From the human T2T-CHM13v2.0 reference genome, Homo sapiens, in assembly GCF_009914755.1 (NCBI RefSeq), contig NC_060936.1: a DNA stretch of 64,000 nucleotides; one strand, 5' to 3'. Of this stretch, positions 1-20,446 are shown in pieces; the stretch's first letter is position 1; each line of letters begins with the position of its first letter. The notes under the pieces were generated by a model, which worked only from the letters and a program-made list of their open reading frames with translations, did not search any database and was not told where the DNA came from. The position numbers were made by a program, and so were the translations under genes.

Positions 1-306
<306 letters not shown>

Positions 307-1313
307 TCAGTCAGAGATCCTCAACGTATGAAGTATGGATTAAATGGACAGTAGATTTGGAATCTAACATGTTTATTAACACTCTAGATACACTGATCTG
401 AGACATCGCTAAATGTACGATGACTCTAATGACCTGCAGGAATGAAGGGGAGCAGCAGTGGCTGACCCAAAAATTTAATCCTGCACGTTACAAGGGAACA
501 GCATCATACACAGGCATTACACACCAAGGGCAATGCAATGCTTATAATCAAAATTATCCTGGAAAATCCGGCAGAAAGATGCCACACTGAAGACCAAGAG
601 ACTGTCTTAAAATCCCAAACACACACTGGAATCTTCTGGGAACTGGAAGGGATGGCCATTTCAATGGCTGGGCAGCAGATAAGGTTAGGAGCTACATTCC
701 AGAGTCATACTCAGCCCTGCAAGTGGCTCACACAATGAGACAGACTCGGTCCATCAAAGGGAAAGCCATTTCATACCACAGTCAGTGAGTGGCATTTTAA
801 TGAATTGGCCAATGTCATTTTTTTCATTTTCTTAGTTTTTTTTTTAAGAGACACAAATGGCTGGGCGCAGTAGCTCACGCCTGTAATCCCAGCATTTTGG
901 GAGGGCGAGGCGGGTGGATCACCTGAGGTCAGGAGTTCAAGACAAGCCTGACCAACATGATGAAACCCCATCTCTACTAACAATACAAAAATTAGCTGCA
1001 CACAAGCGGCCGCTTTTAATCTCAGCTGCTCGGGAGGCTGAGGGAGAGAATCACTTGAACCTGGGAGGTGCAGGTTGTAGTGAGCAGAGATCGTACCACT
1101 GCACTTCAGCCTGGGTGACAGAGTGAGACTCCGTCTCAAAAAAAAAAAAGAACACAATCTTGCTCTGTCGCCCAGGCTGGAATGCAGTGGTGAAATCATA
1201 GAATCATAACTCACTGCAGCCTCGAACTCCTGGACTCAAGGGACCCTCACCCACCTCATTCTCCAGAGTAGCTGGGACTATAGGCGCACACCACCAATCT
1301 GGCTAATTTTTAA

Positions 1314-1493
<180 letters not shown>

Positions 1494-2143
1494 TGAAATC
1501 TCCTGTGTCAGAGGCTTATAATGAGTGCCGCGGTATTGAGAGTCTTCTCAGCCACAGACCCCACCCCTCACTTCAGCAATCATCCTGAATACACCTTCCC
1601 TTGGTCCCTTGGGGAACCAGGCAAGAGTGGTGGGTGGATCCACATGAAGTCGTGACCACTGTAAAAAACAAATCTAGGGCACCTACATGGGGAATGCCAT
1701 GAAGAAGCAAAATTAAAAGCTGCACGGTATTTTCCTTTTACCCTGACAATGCTGTAACAAGCCTGTCTTCCTTCCCTCTTTCCAAGTTTCTTCCAGATCA
1801 AGTATTTGAGTTTTGAATTATAATTCCCCAAAAACTTGCTGGATTGAACTTGATTTTGTTATTGCTCATACACAAAGCCAATCTCTCCTAATTCTCTAGT
1901 ATGCCTTGGATTGTTTACAAAGTTGCTTAAAGCAGTGTCCAACTTAATAACTCTGGGCCTGTCAGTGGCGACCACCAGCTTTCTCAACTGCACAAGGAGA
2001 CAGACCACGGTGCTTTGCAGGCAAAACCATGACAATACTCTCTTGGAATTCTGAGAAGCCATTCCAAATCTCCATTTCTTTATCTAAAGGCTTTTGGATT
2101 ATTAAGGTGAACAGATGAGAGGCTACATTCAAGCCTATGATTA

Positions 2144-2476
<333 letters not shown>

Positions 2477-2800
2477 CTATACCAGCTGCTTCTGTGACCC
2501 CAAAACCGTCACATCACTCCACCCCTGTGCACTTTTAGCTGCAGTATCTAAGGGCCCAGTGGGCACTGAATATTGAGGTACTGAGGTAGAGATAAGGACC
2601 CAAAACACTGTGAAAATGCAGTCAGAGGGCCAGGCACTGTGGCTCACGCCTGTAATCCCAGCACTTTGGGAGGCTGAAGCGGGTGGATCACCTGAGGTCA
2701 AGAGTTCAAGACCAGCCTGACCAATATGGAGAAATCCCATCTCTACTAAAAATACAAAAAATTAGCCAGGTGTCGTGGCGCATGCCTGCAATGCCAGCTA

Positions 2801-3055
<255 letters not shown>

Positions 3056-3767
3056 CTAGGAATCATCCATTGTCCACAGAAATACTTGCACATGTGCTCA
3101 AAAAAGATGCATACAAAGATGTGAATGATGAAAACTGTTGTAACACAAAAATAATCAGAAACCACCTAAAGGTTCATCAACAGAAAAGTTGAAACAACCT
3201 ACAAGTCCGCCCATATAAAAGAACATTAGGCACATGTTAAACAGAACAAGATGGCTCAGTATCCATTAGAACACATACTCCTTACAGACAGGGAGTTTTC
3301 TCTGGTTGGTTAGTTGGTTTGTTTGTTTGTTTGTTTGTTTCTAGGATGGAGTCTCACTCTGTCACCCTGGCTGGAGTGCAGTGGCATGGTCTTGGCTCAC
3401 TGCAACCTCTGCCTCCAGGGTTCAAGCAATTCTCATGACTTGGTCTCCCGAGTAGCTGGAACTACAGGTGCCCACCACACCCGGCTAATTTTTGTATTTT
3501 TAGGAGACTGGTATCACCATTTTGGCCAGGCTGGTCTCAAACTCCTGACCTCAAGTAATACACCCACCTCGGGCTCCCAAAGTGCCAGGATTACAGGCGT
3601 GAGCCACTACACCTGGCCACCTTGGGGTACGTTTTTAAATTTCCATAATAAATATTTTTAAGGCACACACACACACAAACAAAATTGGCACACTATACAG
3701 CAATCTGTTGGCAGTGATTGTCTCAGGTAAGATTTTGAGGGATTTTTCTCTCACTATGTATGTGATG

Positions 3768-5400
<1,633 letters not shown>

Positions 5401-5552
5401 CGTTTAACCTTCTATATTTAACATTGTATTGTGTATTGTTTGCAATAAGAAAAAAAAAAAACTTTTCAAAAGTTATCATTTTCCCATTAGTACTAAAGTT
5501 GTAAATATATTGAAGATCTTATCTATAGTGAATATAGCTCAAATGGTAGTAA

Positions 5553-5975
<423 letters not shown>

Positions 5976-6907
5976 TAACACTGCTGTATATTTTTTACAC
6001 AAATTATCTGATACTGTGCTTAATGTTTGCCATTTATTTTGTTCACTGAGCATACACTCATTCAACAAGTATTTACTAAGGACTTAACATATGCCAGACA
6101 CTATTTTGGGCACTGGGGATGTAAGAGTAATTAAGAAAGACAAAAATCCCTTCCCTGGTTCCCAGATGCTCGTTCCCTTCCCTTCCCTCCCTTGGCCCAA
6201 GGCTAGAGGTACTTCTGCTGGAGACATCCTTCTCCTTCAGAGCTACACTCTATTCCATTTTCTCTAACAGTCCCCAAAGAAAATCTCCATCCCTATAGGA
6301 AGATTCAAAAAACCTGGGCAGAAGCAGCTGACGGACCCTTCTCCACGTAGAAAAACAAAGCTTACATTCCAAAACAGAAACTCAAAAAGGGGAGGAATAG
6401 AAAACACACTAATGTAATCACCCATTTTCAATCATGGCCTCTTAAACACTCCCCAGGAAACCTCTTCAAAAATATGAAACATTTCCCTGGAAGAGGGGTC
6501 TATTAGAAAAAAATCTACATTCCACTAAACCAAGTCTTCTGATCACTAAATGATTCTAGATAATTCACTGCTGTTAAGTAACCAGAGGACAGTCTCAAGA
6601 CTAATGAAGGTGCCTGCAGATGGCTCAGTAAGCTAGCCTCATCACATAACTTCCTTCCCCTCCCACTCGCTACTTATAAATTTAAATATTCACAAAAAGA
6701 AGGCACGAGCTTATTCAAACAAAAACAGAATGATGAACAAATACCTCAAGTACATTTTGAAGATATACAATATATTAAATGTTGTTGACATTCACAGTTA
6801 TTAATACTGGGTACCATTTATTGTCTCCTATGGGCCAGGCAACATGACAAATCTGGTCTGTGCATTAACTCATTCAATTCCAACACAGCCTCATTAGATA
6901 TACATTA

Positions 6908-7276
<369 letters not shown>

Positions 7277-7509
7277 CTATAGTGAACATATGCTGATTTT
7301 TTTTCTACCCAGCATCCCCGGCTCCTTTGCATAACCACGCATCCCCCATTCCATGAGGTCCTGGTAATCACACTGCCCTGACCCCTTTGGGCATTCCAAC
7401 AAAACCGATCACAACACCTCACCTCCAGGGAGGCAAATGACCCAAAGCAGAGCCAAGTTAGAATCTTCCCTGGGGTTGTATTAATCTAGATAAGGGAAGA
7501 TTACCATTG

Positions 7510-8865
<1,356 letters not shown>

Positions 8866-8874
8866 GTTGTACAA

Positions 8875-9085
8875 GGTGGGGTTTCTCAAATTCAGCACTG
8901 TTGGCATTGTGGGCTACATAATTCTGTGTTATGGGGGCTGCCTTGTGCACTGTAAGGTGTTTGGTGGCATCTCTGGCCTCACCCATTAACTGACAGTAGG
9001 ACCCTTCCCCCCAAACTCACACACCACCACCCCCAACTAGCTCTGACAACCGAAAACGTCAAATCACCCACTGGTTGAAAAACAC
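8875..9085. mobile_element. MER20 hAT DNA transposon
   Basis: gtttctcaaattcagcactgttggcatt...gggctgccttgtgcactgtaagg...ggttgaaaaacact. Confidence 0.65.
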
Positions 9086-9164
9086 TAATGTAAGAGTATG
9101 AAACTGGGACACTAACAGCCAACTGCCTCATCACATGGAAGTCAAGCAAAGTCAGAAACAGGGT

Positions 9165-9755
9165 GAAGGCAAGGCCAATATATGACTTCATAGGCCCTAG
9201 GTACTTTTGCCTTCCTCAGCCCCTTCCTCCATTAAAAACAAAAAAGAATTCAAAAATTATATTTTATGGGGCCAGGCATGGTGGCTCACACCTGTAATCC
9301 CAAAGCTTTGGGAGGCTGAGGCAGGAAGACTGCTTCAAGCCTGGAGTTTGAAACCAGCCTGGGTAACATAGTAAGACCCTATCTCTACAGAGAAAAAAGC
9401 AAAAATTAGCTGGGCGTGGTAGTGTGAGCCTGTAGTCCCAGCCACTGGGGTGGAAGGATTGCTTGAGCCTAGAAGGTTGAAACTGCAGTGAGCCATGATA
9501 TACCACTGCAATCCAGCCTGGGTAATAGGGCAAGACTCTGTCTCCAAAAAAAACAAAAATTATATTTTATGACTACATTAGTATAAAGATGAATGTAATC
9601 CAGAATCATTATACATTATTATATTCATTTTTCCTATAATTTTAAAACAAATTAAAATTTAATTCAGTTAATTAAAAGTAATTAAATTCATTAAAATTAA
9701 ATATCACAGATCCTAAGCACCGTGCCTACTCTGCCTAATAGAAAGTCAGCCCTGA
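9165..9755. mobile_element. MER53-like element split by an Alu
   Basis: ggccctaggtacttttgccttc...cctaagcaccgtgcctactctgcctaatagaaagtcagccctg. Confidence 0.5.
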
Positions 9756-10287
9756 GTGAGTATAAGGACAGGGCCACGGGATATTATTGAGGTCTCTGGA
9801 ACTAGCTATGCCTAAAGCTAAAACTTAACTCATTCCTGGATTTCTCAGTTTCATGAGCCAATAAATTCACTCTTTTATTCACACAGGGTCTCACTCTGTC
9901 ACCCAGACTGGAGTGCAATGGCACAATCACAGCTCATTGAGCCTCAACCTCCCGGGCTCCAGTGATCCTCCCACCTCAGCCTCCTCAGCAGCTGGGACCA
10001 CGGGTGCAAGCCACCATACCCAGCTAATTTTTGTATTTTTTGTAGAGATGGGGTTTCACCATGTTGCCCAAGCTGGTCTTGAACTCCTGGGCTCAAGCGA
10101 TTCACCCACCTCAGCTTCCCAAAGGGCTGAGATTATAGGTATGAGCCATTGCACCTGGCCTAAATTCAGTCTTTGAATTAAGTTTGTCGCTTGCAACCAA
10201 GAAGCCCAACTTACCTGGTCTCCCAGCTATAAGAGGTGCAGCCTGAATTTGAACCTGGATCTGTCTTATATAGAACCAGAGTTCTTA

Positions 10288-10524
<237 letters not shown>

Positions 10525-11389
10525 CTAAAAACAGCAAACAGCAGATGGAGACACTGTCAATAATGAAAAGCTTTGATCAATAACATCCACACAGAGTAAA
10601 TTACAAGCCACCAACTCAACTAACTGCTCACGACATGCTAACAGCACAATTCTGTGGCTTCATTCTTTAAAGCAACGTCAACTGACAGTCATTATGGTAT
10701 CACTTCCATGATTCCAAGACTGTGGGTTTCTTTCACCAGCACCTGGGAAGGAAAACTGCACAAGCGTGGCCATTAACAAGAAAAGCTCCCTCACTCCTGA
10801 GGGTCTGAGGCTAGTGAGAATATTTCCTCTGGATCCTCTGGCTCTGACATGCTTCCATGTTTCTACAATAGGAAACAATGGGTTTTTCACTTCTTTCATG
10901 TGTGCCCAGGGGTTTATTCATATAATTTCAGCTTTTTTAATTCATTTGAACAACCTAGAGTAATAAGAACTGAGTGACCATCGTAAAGCCAAATTTACTC
11001 ATGATCTGGAGAAATAGTTACAAACTGGCAGACTGTCTCTAGCCCACAGATATGTTTTGTTTGGCCTGTAGTGTTTAAGATAATTTGAATTATCTGCCAA
11101 TATTTCAAAATCAGGAGATTCCATACAAAAAAATAAAAATGGAGTCTCTGGCTTCTTTTGAAACACTGGCACATCCGGCAACACTGCCTCGCCTTCCTGC
11201 CTGATGACGCTGAGCTGGAGCTGAGTAATGCTGCCCCTCCCGGTAGCAGATGTGTTTGGGAGTTCACTGCAGGTCTGACTCCATCTTCCAACTGGCCCAC
11301 TTGACTCATTTATACTCACTGCCTGGCCCCCAAAGACATGAGTCTGCAACCCTGGTATAGAGCAGTGATTCCCACGTGCCAAGCCATGG

Positions 11390-12740
<1,351 letters not shown>

Positions 12741-15700
12741 ACCGGCTGCATTTGAATCACAACAGCACTGGAGAATTTAAGAAAAACAAACAAACAAACA
12801 AACACATTCTCTGGTCCTATGCCCCCCTCCCCCACAACCAAATGAATTAGAATTTTCCAGACTGTAGCCTAGAATCTGTTTTATTAACAAGTTCCCCAGC
12901 AGGGAGAGGTGGCTCACACCTGGAATACTAGCACTTTGGGAGGCCAAGGTGGGAGGATCACTTGAGCCCAGGAGTTCAAGACCAGCCAGGGCAACACAGC
13001 GAGATCCCATCTCTACAAACAAACAAAAAAAAATTAGCCAGGTGTAGTGCCATGGTCCTGTAGTCCTAGCCACTTGTGAGACTGAGGTAGAAGGATCACT
13101 TGAGCCCAAGAAGTAAAGGCTGCAGTGAGCCAAGATTGTGCTGCCACACTCCAGCCTGGGCAACAGAATGAGACCCTGGTCCCCAAGAGAGTCAGACCTC
13201 AATCAGGTTTGGGAAGCACTGCATTCAAGGCCACCATATCTGTCACTTTAGTAATAGTTGCCAGTAACTCAGAAAAATAAAATGCTTTGTTTCTTCTATT
13301 CTTCAAGAGTTTAGATCAATTAAAGCAGGGGTTCCCAAATATAGTACTGGTTCTTAACAAAGTTTTCAACAGCCTGCAGTGAAATGAGAAAAAATGAACA
13401 CCACATGATATCTTTTTTATAAAACTAAATGTATTCAAATTTAAAAATGGTCCTTTATTCTGAGATGATGTTCTTCCTGTCTTGTTGTTTCTTAAAATGC
13501 CCTTTATGAAATACAAGGGCCAGAAAATAATAGGTCTTTCTTTTTATTTTTTTTTTATATATCCTTACTTGGCAAAATAAAAAGTTGGAAAACCTGTGTC
13601 TACCCAGCAATTTGGGAAATTTTGCTGGCTCAGAAAGTCTGACAATCACTGACCTCGAACATGTCAGGAAATCCTGTTGAGTAGAAGTAAAAAAGACAAA
13701 ATGACACTCAGTCTAAGGTACTCACCTGAATGGAAAACAAAATTGCTACTGTATCTCAACCTCATTCAAACAGCACTATATGGGAAAAGAACAAACAGCA
13801 TCCTTACCTGATAACTCAAGGCAAATGATAGGTATATACTATACTTGCAATAATAGCTTTACTGGGCAGGGGGATCTCAGCATTAAAAAGAGATGAACTG
13901 AGGGTTTACCCATAAGTCTTCCTGTTATAATGACTAAATACAAGATATACTTAATAAATTCTGACGTGCACAGGTGCTGTGGCCCAATGGCTATGTGGTC
14001 AGCCTTTGGAGTCAGACCAACCAAAGATGGAGTCTGATCTTGGCCTCATCTGCAAAACCCAACGTGTATGATCTTGGGCAAGGCCTTACCTACCTCCATA
14101 TCTGTCTATATCTGTTGCCTCCTATTTATGTATTTATTTAGAAACAGGGTCTCGTTCTGTTGCCCAGGCTGGAGTGCAGTGTTGCAATCTCAACTCACTA
14201 CAACCTCTGCCTCCGGGGCCCCAGAGATGCCCCCACCTCAGCCTCCTGAGTAGCTGGGACTACAGGCACACACCGCCATGCCTGACTAATTATTTATATT
14301 TTTTGTAGAGATGGGGTTTCACCATTTTGCCCAGGCTAGTCTTGAACTCTTGGACTCAAGCAATCCACCTGCCTCAGCCTCCCAAAGTACTGGGATTACA
14401 GGTGTGAGCCACCACACCTGGCCTGTTGCCTCCTATTTAAAGTTTAAATTAAAAATAGTCCTTACCTCTGTCATGAGGCTGAAGTGAGATACTCAGAAAC
14501 ATGCCAGTTCTATGCCAGACACATTGGAAGCCATAACTATTACATAATCAGCACACTATAAGCCCTTAATAAGTTGGAAATTTTTTTCCTTTTCTTTTTT
14601 TTTTTTTTTTTAATTTACAGGGTCTTGCTCTGTCGCCTAGGCTGAAGTGCTGAAGTGCAGTGGCACAATCTTAGCTCACTGCAACCTCTGCCTCTAGGGC
14701 TCAAGTGATCCTCCTGCCTCAGCCTCCCGAGTAGCTGGGACTACAGGCACACACCATCACAGTCAGCTATTTTTTGTGTTTTTAGTAGAAACGGAGGGGC
14801 TCACCATGTTGCCCGGGCTGCTCTCGAACTCCTGACCTCAAGCAATCCACCCACCTCAGCCTCCCAAATTGCTAGGATTACAGGCGTGAGCCACCACGCC
14901 CAGCAAGTTGGAGATATTTTAAAGTAGCATGATAAAGGGGCTGAAACGTGGCAGCACTCCAGCCATCTAAGGTTAAAGACAGACTATTCATTTGTGAAAG
15001 ATATGTCAAGACTTAAAATGCTGATGGGGATGGTCCCACAGAAAAACCTAAGCTTTCAATTTGTTTCCACTCTCATCTGTTTAAACACCCAATACCAATA
15101 TTTTGGAAAAAAAAAAAAAGTTATCAAGAATACTTCATCATTCATCATCTTACAGGTATCCTACATAACTACCTTCCCAAATATAATTACTATTAAGGAA
15201 ACAAATTTAGTATTAATATTATAACTAATACTATTCTATGCTGAGTATTAACAATAATTACCATTTTTTATAAGGAGTTTACTAAGAGCCAGGCAAGGTG
15301 CTAAGTGCTTTAAATCGAATATCTCATCTAATCCTCACAACAACCCTGTGGATTAGGTACTACAACCTCTATGTTATTTTTTTTGTTTTCTTTTGTTTTG
15401 TTTTGTTTTGAGATGGAGTCTTACCCACTCTGTCGCCCAGGCTGGAGTGCAGTGCACCATCTCGGCTCACGACAACCTCCGCCTCCCGGGTTCAAATGAT
15501 TCTCCTGCTTCAGCTTTTCAAGTAGCTGGGATTACAGGTACATGCGACCACCATGCCCAGCTAATTTTCTATATTTTTAGTAGAGACAGGGTTTCACCAC
15601 GTTGTCCAGGCTGGTCTCGAACCCGTGACCTCAAGTAATCCGCCCGCCTCAGCCTCCGAAAATACTGGCATTACAGGCTACAACCTATTTTAAAGAATAG

Positions 15701-16013
15701 CAAATGGACTCAGAAAAGGTAACTGACTCACCCAAAGTAATGCAGCTAACTAGTGCTGGGACTGGGATTCAATTCTAAATCTTCATGGTCTCTATTGTCC
15801 CCCTGACTTACGAATACATAAATCAAACAAGGATTTCTACTTCACCAGTGTTCCACATACATCAGAAACAAAAGAATTAAAAATCTATTTGGAAGTAATC
15901 TTATGATATTAAGTTTTAACGCATCTGGGGTGACAGAAATGTGTATCTTGAGAGGAATGAGGGTTAAACAGGTGTGGTATTCATCAAAACTTTTTTTAAA
16001 ATCTTAAAAAATA

Positions 16014-16226
16014 CCATCCTGGCTAACACAGTGAAACCCCGTCTCTACTAAAAATACAAAAAATTAGCCGGGCGAGGTGACGGGCGCCTGTAGTCCCAGC
16101 TACGTGGGAGGCTGAGGCAGGAGAATGGCGTGAACCCCGGGGGGCAGAGCCTGCAGTGAGCCGAGATCGCGCCACTGCACTCCAGCCTGGGCGACAGCGA
16201 AGACTCTGTCTCAAAAAAAAAAAAAA
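16014..16226 (+). mobile_element. 5'-truncated young AluY (Ye-like)
   Basis: Diagnostic-looking gaaccccggggggcagagcctgcag and gacagcgagac. 16-bp TSD AAAATCTTAAAAAATA (15998-16013, 16227-16242). Confidence 0.8.
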
Positions 16227-17067
16227 AAAATCTTAAAAAATAAACATCCCTGCAATGAAAATGAATAGGATTATACCCACAGAAATTGTAGTTTTAAAAA
16301 GCATCTTTGTTCATTTATTTTTCTTTCTTCAATAAAAGGACAAACTTGCCCTGGTACAGGGGCTTATGCCTGTAAGCCCAACACTTGCAGAAGCTGTGAC
16401 AAGTAGATCACTTGAGCCCAGGAATTCGAGACCTGCCTGGGCAACATGGTGAAACCTCATCTCTACAAAAAATACAAAAATTAGCCAGGTATGGTGGCAC
16501 ACACCTGTGGTCCCAGCTACTCAGGAAGCTGAAGTGGGAGGATCGTTTGAGCCCAGGAGGTCAAGGCTGCAGTAAGCCGTGATTGTGCCAATGCACTCCA
16601 GCCTGAGCCACAGAGCAAGACCCTGTCTTGCAAGCAACCAATCAATCAATGAATGAATAAACTTTAGTACAGAAGTGTAAAGTGTGAGAAATATGAAAAG
16701 ATCTCCCTTCTAAGGCAAGTTCAGCTATCTACTTCTGCACAGTGTCTTTTTTCCAAAAGAATCAGTGCATATAAAACTCTAAATAGAGGGCCAGGTGCAG
16801 TGGCTCACACCTATAACCCCAGTGCTTTGGGAGGCCAAGGCAAGAGGCTCACTTGAAGTCAGGTGTTCTATATCAGCCTGGGCAACACAGTGAGACCCCA
16901 TCCCTACAAAAAATTAAAAAATTAGCCAGGCATGGTGGCACAGGCCTAGAGTCGACAGAAGACCTTGTTTCAAACAAAACAAAACAGAATTTCCCCTAAA
17001 ATATTATCCCTGGTCCTATAATAAAAGCAAGCTGGGCACGGTTCATGCCTGTAATCCCAGCACTTTA

Positions 17068-17519
<452 letters not shown>

Positions 17520-17689
17520 TCAGAAAAGTCAAGTGTGTCCTATGTTTTGAGCAGGAAGGGCCTGAGAGATCCTGATCTCCCTCAAGATATCAGGGACAAG
17601 GAGGTGAAAATCAGCTACCACTCCAGTTTTAGGAAGCTCAGTCTAATCATGGAGATTAAACACCAGATTTTAACTCACTGTGACAGGAG

Positions 17690-18175
17690 ATGATACACTT
17701 ATCTGACATACTCTCTTACTTATAAATGTGTTTATTATCTCCCCCCTTAGAATGGAAGCTCCACAAGGGCAGAGATGTTTGCCCCCATGCAGTGGGGGCA
17801 CACATAGCCTGGCACACAAATAGGTGCGAATAGTTATTAAATGAATGACTGAAATAAGCAAAATATATAGCTTGTTGTAAGGTGTTAAGTGCTATGGGGT
17901 AAAAACAAAATCGAGCAAGAAAAGGACAATGGGGGTGAGATGGTGCAATTTTTAGTGTGGTCAAATAAGACTTCACTGAGAAGCCACCATTTGACCCAAG
18001 ACTTGAAGACCTGAAGCGAATGACCAGCAAGCCATGTTGATATCTGGGGAAAGAAAGACATCCGTGGCAAACGAAACAGCCAAGCCAAAAGCACTGAGGC
18101 AGGACCTGGCCTCTCCAGCAACAGCGAGGCCAGACGGACTGGAGCAGAGCGAAAGAGGCGGGGGCATCATGAGGT
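17690..18175 (+). mobile_element. L2 remnant in CIT intron 1
   Basis: agcctggcacacaaataggtgc...aaatgaatga and flanking L2-like sequence. Orientation is partly mixed. Confidence 0.45.
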
Positions 18176-18379
18176 GATGGGGTGGGCACGGGGTATGAAT
18201 ACGCTGAAACAGAGAGGTTAAGTAAATGGCTAAGTTCACGCAGATAATAAGGAACCGGCCGACTACACTGGGCAGAATAATGCAGTTAGTGCTGACAGGA
18301 GGCAGAGCTGAAGAGACAAAGCACTCCGCCTGGTTTAGGGGAGGAGCAAGCCTCCTGCCCCAGCACCACTCGGCTGACC

Positions 18380-18930
18380 CCTCGGCTCCCAAGGAAGGTG
18401 GGCGCGCGCACAGCTAGCCCCGGAAGACCCTCCAGGCCTCCCGCAGCCCTGGGGGTGGAATCGCCGCCCTCCCCGGGGCGGGAGGGAAACCCGGGACTTG
18501 TATGGGTGGAGGCGGCCCTCCCCTGGCCTTGCAGAGCCGGGTGCGGTAGAATTGGGTCTGGGGGATCAGACTCACGCTCTGCGAACCCCCAGGTCTGCGA
18601 TCTGTTCCGCCCCGCGCCTCCCGCCGCCGCGTTTGAACCCGAGGAACGGCGCGGGCGGGTCTCAGCCGTGTTTGGACCAATCAGCGTCTCCGCTCCTATG
18701 ATAGACATGGGCGTCTCAGCCAGGCCCCGCCCATGTCCCTAAAGGCATGGAGGAAAGTGAAGGGGAGAGCCAATCAAATTGCATCTTCCTTTGACTCGCG
18801 ACCAACGGGAAAAAGGGAAGGGCAAAATCAGCAGGGCAGGTCTTGGAAGTTTGAAATTGGCGGTTACGCAGGATGCTGCGTTTGAGGACGCGACTGTTAA
18901 TCTAGGATCCCTGAGGAGGTCGCCAGGGCG
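18380..18930 (-). promoter_or_regulatory. CIT: CpG-island promoter of CIT with CCAAT boxes, GC box and CHR elements
   Basis: High CpG density. CCAAT at 18677-18681 and 18770-18774, ATTGG at 18856-18860, CCCCGCCC at 18725-18732, TTTGAA at 18632-18637 and 18850-18855. Confidence 0.85.
18576..18650 (-). other. CIT: CIT non-coding exon 1 (5' end approximate)
   Basis: GC-rich stretch in the CpG island ending GCAGAGC|gtgagt (donor 18575-18570). It has no upstream ATG and lies just downstream of CCAAT boxes. Confidence 0.75.
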
Positions 18931-19189
18931 CTGTCCCCTGCTCTCGGCCACCTGCAAGGAGGAAGGCAGCCAGGCTGCTCTGCCTGGTCTTCTTTCTCTC
19001 TCATGTGGCTAAGGTAGAAGTACTTGTTACCTGGGGAAGCCCAGTGGTCCTCTGCTACAGCTGAGGCAGCGAATGTTTTGAGCTTGACTTCAACCTACCT
19101 TGATTACTCTATCTCCGGGCTGACTGCCCTGCAAGGAGTTGGTGACAGTCATTGAGACTGTCTGAAAGGACACTTTAAAATAAATTATA

Positions 19190-20295
<1,106 letters not shown>

Positions 20296-20414
20296 TAATG
20301 ATTAAATTGTGTGTATATGTGTGCACGCATGTGTGTGTGTGTATGTTCTATTTATATATGTAAAGTCCTTTTTGTACTCTCCTAATTCTACAGTAGACAG
20401 AACTGGAGATGTGT

Positions 20415-20446
<32 letters not shown>

